Shown piece by piece: positions 25,032 to 32,000 of a stretch of DNA of 32,000 nt. The position numbers and the translations under genes are program-made. The stretch comes from Erysipelothrix inopinata (GTDB taxonomy: Bacteria; Bacillota_I; Bacilli_A; Erysipelotrichales; Erysipelotrichaceae): assembly GCF_014396165.1 (NCBI RefSeq), contig NZ_CP060715.1:1980001-2012000 (forward strand), written 5' to 3'. Numbering within the stretch: position 1 is the first letter of the stretch; the number at the start of each line of letters is the position of its first letter. The notes under the pieces were generated by a model. The model worked only from the letters and a program-made list of their open reading frames with translations, made no database searches and was not told the DNA's origin.

Positions 25032-28000
25032 GTGTTGCTCCTATTCCATTCAATGAATCAAGGACTTTCAAGATAAAGTTCAAGATAAATCCTTGATCCA
25101 AGACGTCAACTTCAGTATCTTCGTTAACATCTGCAGCAATCTTTTCAATCGGTGTCATCGTGTAAGTTTGGGTAATGGCGTTAGAACTTAATCCTTCGTC
25201 CAAGACGTCAACTTCACCATCACCGTTGAGATCACCTTTTATTGCTATTTGTAACTCATCGTAAGTCACATCATTAACGATAAGTTTAATACGCATCGAA
25301 GTTCCGACATATCGGGAATTATCTTCGATAGTTTGCGATTCTTTATCAAATATAAAGAGACTTGTTTCTTCATTGATAAAGTATGACTTGTATGTTGCGA
25401 TATCGGTTTGTGGTTCGCCACCGACAACATAATCACCAACATCTTCATGAGCCAATCCATCATCCAATCGTTTAATATCTAATGTTTCGCTGGTTAGTGT
25501 AAGGTTCATAACCGTAACACCAATCTGTGCTTTAACATTTGGATTTTGAACACTTGAGACAGTAACCATTGCACCACCTGGTTTTATAGCTTTAAGGTTA
25601 CCGGCGGCATCAACTGTCACAACATCTGGATTACTGCTTGACCACGTAATTTCTTTGTTGGTTGCATTTTCTGGTTCAATACGAACCGCTAATTGTTTCA
25701 CTTCATCCACACTCATCAAGATATTTGATTGTTCAAGATGCAATGCATGTATTTCTCGATTTCGTGTTATGTGAATTGTGATGGTTTCTTGAGTCTTATG
25801 GTCCTCAGAACTTACAGTAATGATTCGCTTATTCTCACCATATTGAAGATCTTCCATAGTATGCCCTGATATCAGTGCATTCTTACTATCTGTCAGTACT
25901 TCAAATTCAATTTCACTTACACGATCTTCGACTTCCATCGTATACTCTTTGATACTTTGATCAAACTTAGGCGTTAGGGTGCCTGCACTTGGAATGATAT
26001 CCAGGATTTTAGCACTTGTTGCACTTGGTCTCATAATTTCAAACGTGTAGATATTTGTTTTCCCTGATTCACTCGTTACTTCAATTTGATGTGTATTTTT
26101 TCCAGGTTGGATTGCGACAACACCATCTCCCTTAACCTGACTTCCATCAGGAATGGTTACCTTGAATTCAACGTTTTCTTGACCTTCAATCGTATTGACA
26201 ATGTAAGGACCAAGATCACTTGGATCAAATGTTTTCTCAAGGGTACCACCAATAACTTCAAGACTTTCAAGAGAATGATTATCATTAGGTAAACGTGTGA
26301 TTCTAACAATATAACTTCGTTCAACATTTTCAAACGATGTTACGACAATACGATGTTCATTCACGCCTACTTTAAGATCACGAACCGTTCCTGTTCCACG
26401 AATTTGTGATTTCGCATCTTCAGGTGTTGCGATTACATCAATATCTGTAACCTCATAAGGCACTTCAATCTCGTAGTTATTGTGATATTTATCAAAACTT
26501 GGAGAGACATGACCTTGATTTGTTATCAAGTCTTTGAGGTAGTTACTACTAAAGATTTGACGTGTAACGGTAAATTCATAGATTGTATCAGGAATATCGT
26601 GCTTACTGTGAACCACAACTTGAACAGTATTCGTTCCAACTTTCAAGTTTTTATTTCCTTTAATTTCGTAGGTAGCATTAATTGGATCTTCAAGTATGAT
26701 TTCATCCACCGTTAGATCGGTTACTTCATACGGCACTGATAATGTGTAGGCTTCAATATCTTTATCAAAGCGTGGATTTTCAATCATTGCTTCTTTAAAT
26801 CGTATTGATGTTGCTTTTGAACTTTGTACCGAGTCACGAGTGACATCTACGTCATAGACAGCAATTTCTCCGAATCGGCTGGTTACCACAACATCAAACT
26901 CATTCAGTCCAATTTCAAGATCATGCACACCATCACCCGTAATGAGTGCTGTTTCGTCCATAGCTCTCGCAGCAATTTCGACACGCTCTTGTTCATGCGG
27001 TACAGCAGCTGTATAAGCTGAACGAAGTGGCGTAAACTGTGGCTCTAACTTTCCAGGATGAATCATAAGATGTGCCAACATCGCACTGGCCGATGTATCC
27101 TTTTGAATCTTGACGACATAAGTCATCGTGGCATCATTTTTACCGGTTACCACAATTGGCACGGTTTTACTTTGAATTCCTTCCAGATCAATGATTCCTG
27201 CTCCCTCAATTGATTTCACAGCCGACTCATCTTCCGGTTTTGCAGTCAACAAGACTCGTTTAACATCAGCAGGTAATTTCAAGGTATAAGGACCACCATT
27301 CGTTTTATCAAATGGTTCAACAAAGATTCCCGTATTACTTGTAAGAGATTCTAAGTAAATACTTTGTTGTGAAGAGTGATAGACATTCACAATGTATGTC
27401 TCCGAGTTTTTACCATTCGCAGATTGAGTCACAATTTTTACGCGATTGTTGTCATCTTTCATCGGTTCATCGATACCATTTCCAGATACAGTCCACGTTG
27501 TTTGTTTCGAAGACGCTTTAATTTCTGGTGTTAGGTACTCTACCCCTTTAGGTACATAGAGTGCATACTCTTTACGCGTTTTCATAAAGAGTGGCGATAA
27601 GGAACCTTCTTTAAACCTTAAGTCTTGAAGACTAGCATCACCAGAGAGTGCTTGGTTAATAATCACTTCATAGATTCTTAAGACACCATCTTTACTCTGG
27701 ACTACAATTTTGAAACTATTACGTCCTGGTTTGACTTCAAAGGTTCCCACTCCTGAAAGGATGGTCGCATCGCTACTTTCCTTGACAGCATCGATCGTAA
27801 CCTCTGTCGTTTCCATATCAACATTCACAACATAACGATTGGTGTTAGGTTTGAAGGTTGGGGACATTGTTTTACTTGGTGTAACCGTCAAGGAACTCAA
27901 TCGGTTACTAAAGAGTGACGCATCTTGTTTCACAATTTTCAGTGTATAGTCACGTGTTTCTTTATTTTCAGCCTCAACACGAATTTCAACTTTATTTGTT

Positions 28001-31000
28001 CCTCTGTTTAGATTCTTAATAATATAGTTTCCATCGCCATCCTTTTCAGCATCGTGGCTAATAATTTTTACGGTTGCTTTAGGATCCTCTGGTTTAAGGG
28101 TTAGTGTTACAGATTGATGTTCATCTGAGATGAATGTTTCATAATCATGATGATCTTTCACGAATGTTGGTGATACCAATCCTTCACTAATTTCTAATAT
28201 TTCTAAGTAGTTATTAAAGGAAGCGGATCGCACAACTTTTACATTGTAAACCGATTGTGATCCATCCGGTGAAGAGACTGTCAATGGTATGTGGTTATCA
28301 CCAATTTCAAGTGACTTCCAACCGCCGCCACTGACTTGAGCAATCGGTCTATTTAAGGCGATTCCTTCAACCATCACTCTCTCAACATCCTGAGGTACCC
28401 AAACGACATATTCTAAGGTATCCATCTTAAAGACAGGATCCAATGTACCATGACTTAATTTAATCGATTGAAGTCGGTTGTCATACTCACGCACAATAAC
28501 GAGTGGGTATTCTTTAGTATCACCATTTTGTGCTTCAACTGAAATCATGAACTTGTTTTCGCCATAATCTAGGGCATAGTCACCGTTACCTTTAATCTTA
28601 GCAAGGGCATCATGTGCCTTCGCTTCAATGCGAACCATGTCTGTCGCAGAATTAACGTTATATCTGAATGCTTCTTCTGTTTCTAAATCAAATGATTTTG
28701 TGATATCATCATGCATTACTTTGAGACTGTCTAAACCATTTTCACCAGAGAGTTTCTTGTTTACCTCAACAAAGTATGTTTTTGTCTTCGTTCTGTCCTC
28801 ACTGGTTACGCTAATAGTTACATGGTTCTTACCATTTAATAACGGCTCATTACCACGAATCATGACCCGTGCATTGGGTGATGTCGGTGTGGCTTTAAAT
28901 TCAACACCTTGGGCATTCTCATCAAGATTTAACGTGTAGTAGAGACGATCTTGGCTAAAGTCACCTTCTTCAAATTGAAGATCTTTTAGACCTTCTTCTT
29001 GAATTGAGAATGGAATTAATCCTGCCAAGGTCGCATCACTCGACATGGAGCGAACGATATTGACGTTATAGATTGATACATTTCCTTCTTCAGGTTCTGT
29101 CGATAAGAGTGTTACTGGATTGTTTCCAGATTTCAGTTTAACTTCAACACCATTTTCAACTTTATTGGCTGTAGCATTGCCTGCAACACCTTGAACAAGT
29201 GTTGTATTAACTTGCGGTGTTCCTTCTACCAATACGATATCAGTATTGCCACCTACTTCAACAGAGTAGTCTTTCAACGAACGTTTAAAGCGTGGTGAGA
29301 AGTTTTCACCTTGGCTGATAACTTTACCGTTCTCACTCACAGTAATACCTTGAAGGTAGCTGTTGTGACGCGGTTCTTTAAGAACATGAAGAATCGTATC
29401 TTGAGTTCGACCATTTTCAGCACGAACGCGAACAATGACATCGTTGTTACCTTCGCTGAGATGTTCATTATTAATGATCTCTACTTGAGCTTTCGGATCT
29501 TGAGCAACAGCCTTAATATCAAGAGCTTGTGTATCTGTTTCAATTTCAACATGATACTCGTATTTACCTTCTTCAAATTCAAAAGGTTTTCGTGTATTAA
29601 GAATTTCTAAAGATTTAAGGCTGGTATCATCATTCCCATTACGATGAATGGTGATCATACGATCTTTTGTTAAACCGAAAGGTGTTACAGTCTCAATTCG
29701 GAAATCATTGTTTCCGTATTTAAGACTTAACTTACTTATATCTTGAGGGTTGTTGTACTTATCATAAACATTAATTGTTTGTGATGGATGGCCTTTCGTA
29801 ACTATAATACCGACACGATCGACTTCACGGGCAACACTGGTACGATATTGTGTCAATTGATTGTTGTAGGTAGGATCAACGCCTGCATTCTGTGCATCCG
29901 TAACTTCAATATTTTTTAAATCTAGAGTATTGGATAAGTTGCGTTTTAGAATGAGAACGTATTCGCGGATATCGCCACTCTCTGACTGAACTTGGATTGC
30001 GACTCGTGTCGAATCACCCAGTAGTTCTTTATCTCCAAGTGTAGAGAGTATCTTGGCTTTTGGATCTTGAGTAAACGCGCGAATTACAACTGATTTTGTA
30101 TCTTCAAGAAGCCCAACTTCATATTCAGTTACATTCGGATCGAAAGGTTGTTTGAAGATACTTCCCTCTATTTGAATTCCCGAGAGTGCGTTATTCTTAG
30201 AACGTTTATACGTTACATTGAATGTGTACGAGGTCTTCGATTTACCATTCTCACTGTGAACTGTAATGACGAATGGTTTTAACACATTCGCTTCTAATGT
30301 TATGGGTTCTTCTGTTTCGTAAATAATTGTTGCGTTAGGATCAGTAGCTGCAATTTTCTTGATGAATGACTTATCAAATGTTTGGTTATCATCCGTCAAC
30401 TCTAACGTGTAGTCAGTAACGTTAGGATTAAAGTTCTTATCGAGTGTTCCCGATTCAAATTCGATATTTTTTAGTTTCGAGTTATCACCGACTTCACGTT
30501 CCACTATAATACGGTACGTTTGCATCGTATAACCGTCTACTGCTCGAACTCTTATTTCATATATATTTTCTTGCGCAGTTTTCAATTCTAGGACGCCTGT
30601 TTTCTCAACAGTTGCATGCTTATCAACAAGATCAAAAATCACTTCATCACTCTTCAAGTTTGTTTTTGAGTTTGGAACTTTCAAGTGATACGTGAAGACA
30701 TCCTCTTGGAATGGTTCCTGAAGTTTATACCCTTTAACACTGAGATTTGATAGACGCGTTTCGTCAGTCTTAGCACGCCCAATGTTGATTGTATATTCTT
30801 TTACATCACCATTTTCAGCCGTTACTTTAATCACACGTACGCTTTCCCCTGTTGGGAGTAATTTTCGTTCATGTCCCGTAATTCTCGCATTACGATCTTC
30901 GGTGCTGACATCAAATGATAATGTATTGGTAACACTTTCCGTATTGAGTTGATACGTATCTTCCGTATAAATGAAGTTTGGTGTCAGAGCACCATTGCTT

Positions 31001-32000
31001 GGCTTGATGTTTGTAAGAGCATTATTATCTGAAGCAGGACGTGTGAGGTTGATGGTGTAAACACGATCTCGACCCGAATCACTGGTTACCACGACTTCAA
31101 GTTTGTTGTCTCCTACTTTAATTTTTTTCTGGCCACTACCAGATATTGTTGTGGCAAGACTCTTGACTCCTATATCGACACTCTCAGTTCCGATTGGAAC
31201 TGGATTCACAAGTGTATACTCTTGAATTTTAGGATCAAAGGCGGGTTTCATTTGAAGCACATCCCCTTTTAATTTGACACTTAAATCCTGCAAGTAATTC
31301 TCATGAGATCGACTTCTGTTTACAAACACATGGTAAGTTCTCGTGATACCTGTTTTTGAAGTAACGGGAATTTTAATATGTGTTTCCCCATAAGGAATAT
31401 CATAATTACCCAGTCCCTCAACTTTAGATGAAGTTAATGTTGCTTCTCCATCAAGTTTCAAGGTACTTTCTTCAGGTGTTAAATCTACGTTATAAACAAG
31501 TGTTCCCTTGTAAAAGCTTGGTGTCAACTTATTCTTATTCACAGCCAGATACTCTAAATAGTTATTTGCGTAAATTTGACGATAAGCATGAATCGTATAG
31601 GTTTCTTGGAGATCTTTCTCGTTAGAAGTAACCTCGATAGTTATCGTGTTATCCCCTACTTCAAGATTTTGATTTCCAGTAACTTTATAGGTAGCATTGG
31701 GATCTATTTTTTCAATTTCCATTTGTAATGTCGTAACTTCATTATCAACATTGATAAAGTACTCGTTGACATCTGAGCTAAATCCTTCATCAAATGGATA
31801 GTTATCAACTTTTAAGTTTTTGAGTTTTGCAGAATTAATCGGTGCACGATTCACAATAAATGTGAACGTTTTAACCGTTCCATTTTCTGCTGTAACGTTG
31901 ATATTGAATTGATTGCGGCCCACCTTAAGTTCATGAGTACCAATTCCTGTGAGGGTAGCATTTTTATCTTCTAAGATTCCATCAAATTGAATGGTTTCAT
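25021..32000 (-). CDS. Giant (Cadherin-like)n-Big_2-X-dockerin protein, at least 2326 aa (N-terminus outside the window)
   Basis: The track ORF starts at an internal Met (31923), but the frame stays open to 32000 (...ETIQFDGILEDKNATLTGIGTHELKVGRNQFNINVTAENG...) and is mid-module there. I count 22 complete modules plus one cut by the edge, then Big_2, an X-module and a dockerin. Confidence 0.9.
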   Translation of the reverse strand, partial: ETIQFDGILEDKNATLTGIGTHELKVGRNQFNINVTAENGTVKTFTFIVNRAPINSAKLKNLKVDNYPFDEGFSSDVNEYFINVDNEVTTLQMEIEKIDPNATYKVTGNQNLEVGDNTITIEVTSNEKDLQETYTIHAYRQIYANNYLEYLAVNKNKLTPSFYKGTLVYNVDLTPEESTLKLDGEATLTSSKVEGLGNYDIPYGETHIKIPVTSKTGITRTYHVFVNRSRSHENYLQDLSVKLKGDVLQMKPAFDPKIQEYTLVNPVPIGTESVDIGVKSLATTISGSGQKKIKVGDNKLEVVVTSDSGRDRVYTINLTRPASDNNALTNIKPSNGALTPNFIYTEDTYQLNTESVTNTLSFDVSTEDRNARITGHERKLLPTGESVRVIKVTAENGDVKEYTINIGRAKTDETRLSNLSVKGYKLQEPFQEDVFTYHLKVPNSKTNLKSDEVIFDLVDKHATVEKTGVLELKTAQENIYEIRVRAVDGYTMQTYRIIVEREVGDNSKLKNIEFESGTLDKNFNPNVTDYTLELTDDNQTFDKSFIKKIAATDPNATIIYETEEPITLEANVLKPFVITVHSENGKSKTSYTFNVTYKRSKNNALSGIQIEGSIFKQPFDPNVTEYEVGLLEDTKSVVIRAFTQDPKAKILSTLGDKELLGDSTRVAIQVQSESGDIREYVLILKRNLSNTLDLKNIEVTDAQNAGVDPTYNNQLTQYRTSVAREVDRVGIIVTKGHPSQTINVYDKYNNPQDISKLSLKYGNNDFRIETVTPFGLTKDRMITIHRNGNDDTSLKSLEILNTRKPFEFEEGKYEYHVEIETDTQALDIKAVAQDPKAQVEIINNEHLSEGNNDVIVRVRAENGRTQDTILHVLKEPRHNSYLQGITVSENGKVISQGENFSPRFKRSLKDYSVEVGGNTDIVLVEGTPQVNTTLVQGVAGNATANKVENGVEVKLKSGNNPVTLLSTEPEEGNVSIYNVNIVRSMSSDATLAGLIPFSIQEEGLKDLQFEEGDFSQDRLYYTLNLDENAQGVEFKATPTSPNARVMIRGNEPLLNGKNHVTISVTSEDRTKTKTYFVEVNKKLSGENGLDSLKVMHDDITKSFDLETEEAFRYNVNSATDMVRIEAKAHDALAKIKGNGDYALDYGENKFMISVEAQNGDTKEYPLVIVREYDNRLQSIKLSHGTLDPVFKMDTLEYVVWVPQDVERVMVEGIALNRPIAQVSGGGWKSLEIGDNHIPLTVSSPDGSQSVYNVKVVRSASFNNYLEILEISEGLVSPTFVKDHHDYETFISDEHQSVTLTLKPEDPKATVKIISHDAEKDGDGNYIIKNLNRGTNKVEIRVEAENKETRDYTLKIVKQDASLFSNRLSSLTVTPSKTMSPTFKPNTNRYVVNVDMETTEVTIDAVKESSDATILSGVGTFEVKPGRNSFKIVVQSKDGVLRIYEVIINQALSGDASLQDLRFKEGSLSPLFMKTRKEYALYVPKGVEYLTPEIKASSKQTTWTVSGNGIDEPMKDDNNRVKIVTQSANGKNSETYIVNVYHSSQQSIYLESLTSNTGIFVEPFDKTNGGPYTLKLPADVKRVLLTAKPEDESAVKSIEGAGIIDLEGIQSKTVPIVVTGKNDATMTYVVKIQKDTSASAMLAHLMIHPGKLEPQFTPLRSAYTAAVPHEQERVEIAARAMDETALITGDGVHDLEIGLNEFDVVVTSRFGEIAVYDVDVTRDSVQSSKATSIRFKEAMIENPRFDKDIEAYTLSVPYEVTDLTVDEIILEDPINATYEIKGNKNLKVGTNTVQVVVHSKHDIPDTIYEFTVTRQIFSSNYLKDLITNQGHVSPSFDKYHNNYEIEVPYEVTDIDVIATPEDAKSQIRGTGTVRDLKVGVNEHRIVVTSFENVERSYIVRITRLPNDNHSLESLEVIGGTLEKTFDPSDLGPYIVNTIEGQENVEFKVTIPDGSQVKGDGVVAIQPGKNTHQIEVTSESGKTNIYTFEIMRPSATSAKILDIIPSAGTLTPKFDQSIKEYTMEVEDRVSEIEFEVLTDSKNALISGHTMEDLQYGENKRIITVSSEDHKTQETITIHITRNREIHALHLEQSNILMSVDEVKQLAVRIEPENATNKEITWSSSNPDVVTVDAAGNLKAIKPGGAMVTVSSVQNPNVKAQIGVTVMNLTLTSETLDIKRLDDGLAHEDVGDYVVGGEPQTDIATYKSYFINEETSLFIFDKESQTIEDNSRYVGTSMRIKLIVNDVTYDELQIAIKGDLNGDGEVDVLDEGLSSNAITQTYTMTPIEKIAADVNEDTEVDVLDQGFILNFILKVLDSLNGIGATHEK
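25024..25236 (-). other. Dockerin domain of the upstream giant protein
   Basis: GDLNGDGEVDVLDEGLSSNAITQTYTMTPIEKIAADVNEDTEVDVLDQGFILNFILKV contains two D-x-N-x-D-x-x-x-x-x-x-D loops. Confidence 0.8.
25237..25503 (-). other. X-module-like domain preceding the dockerin
   Basis: LTLTSETLDIKRLDDGLAHEDVGDYVVGGEPQTDIATYKSYF...YVGTSMRIKLIVNDVTYDELQIAIK is related by eye to 17862-18089. Confidence 0.5.
25504..25743 (-). other. Bacterial Ig-like group 2 (Big_2) domain
   Basis: LHLEQSNILMSVDEVKQLAVRIEPENATNKEITWSSSNPDVVTVDAAGNLKAIKPGGAMVTVSSVQNPNVKAQIGVTV shows the canonical Big_2 pattern (L.v.v.P.nat.k.v.W.SSn..vatVd..G.v.a...G.a.itv). Confidence 0.8.
25744..32000 (-). repeat. Array of at least 22 diverged Cadherin-like beta-sandwich modules
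   Basis: Same motif frame as 18090-24395. Examples: LQSIKLSHGTLDPVFKMDTLEYVVWVPQDVERVMVEGIALNRPIAQVSGGGWKSLEIGDNHIPLTVSSPDGSQSVYNVKVVR and LKDLITNQGHVSPSFDKYHNNYEIEV.... Confidence 0.8.

Noticed and set aside
17670-32000. Many 60-103-aa plus-strand ORFs inside the giant genes (e.g. 19723-19980, 24732-25010, 28628-28939, 29311-29610)
   Set aside because: All are antisense to a continuous, motif-rich minus-strand frame. They have low-complexity or hydrophobic junk translations, and I saw no RBS. Such ORFs are expected by chance opposite a long AT-rich gene.
18090-32000. Regular ~270-nt periodicity, considered as a CRISPR or DNA tandem-repeat array
   Set aside because: The periodicity exists at the protein-domain level within one continuous reading frame. 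There are no short identical direct repeats separated by unique spacers.
15497-32000. Interpretation as a cellulosome or amylosome
   Set aside because: Cohesin and dockerin modules are present, but no glycoside hydrolase, carbohydrate esterase, lyase or CBM is visible in about 5,300 residues. The dockerin-bearing proteins are purely repetitive beta-sandwich rods. I keep open the possibility that enzymes lie outside the window.

Overview
AT-rich, Bacillota-type (low-GC Gram-positive) chromosomal segment. All calls come from reading the supplied translations and the DNA by eye; no searches were run.

Left half (1-15 kb), mostly housekeeping with small accessory inserts:
- Partial MFS transporter and 5-formyl-THF cyclo-ligase.
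- A MerR-family regulator directly upstream of a three-gene minus-strand operon: HxxxDG acyltransferase, zinc-ribbon polytopic membrane protein, membrane-anchored SGNH hydrolase. The operon promoter looks like a classic MerR-type promoter with a 19-bp spacer.
- An AbrB/MazE-type antitoxin paired with a ParE/RelE-type toxin.
- A complete Gram-positive sufCDSUB Fe-S cluster operon.
- Two tandem PrsA-like foldases, a HIT protein and PNPase.

Right half (15.5-32 kb), the most interesting part: one tightly packed minus-strand operon of at least four genes, running off the window edge.
- Two giant secreted proteins, at least 2326 aa and 2453 aa. Each is built from about 20 or more diverged ~90-aa Cadherin-like beta-sandwich modules and ends in an X-module plus dockerin.
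- A 559-aa protein with signal peptide, cohesin, three Cadherin-like modules, a Pro/Glu/Lys linker and a C-terminal TM anchor.
- A small N-terminally anchored membrane protein.
- The 2453-aa protein also starts with a cohesin. No catalytic or carbohydrate-binding modules are visible.

I interpret this as a non-cellulosomal cohesin-dockerin system that could assemble a long, membrane-tethered surface fibre in gene order. This is an inference and needs experimental and search-based confirmation.

No rRNA, tRNA, CRISPR or obvious mobile element was seen.
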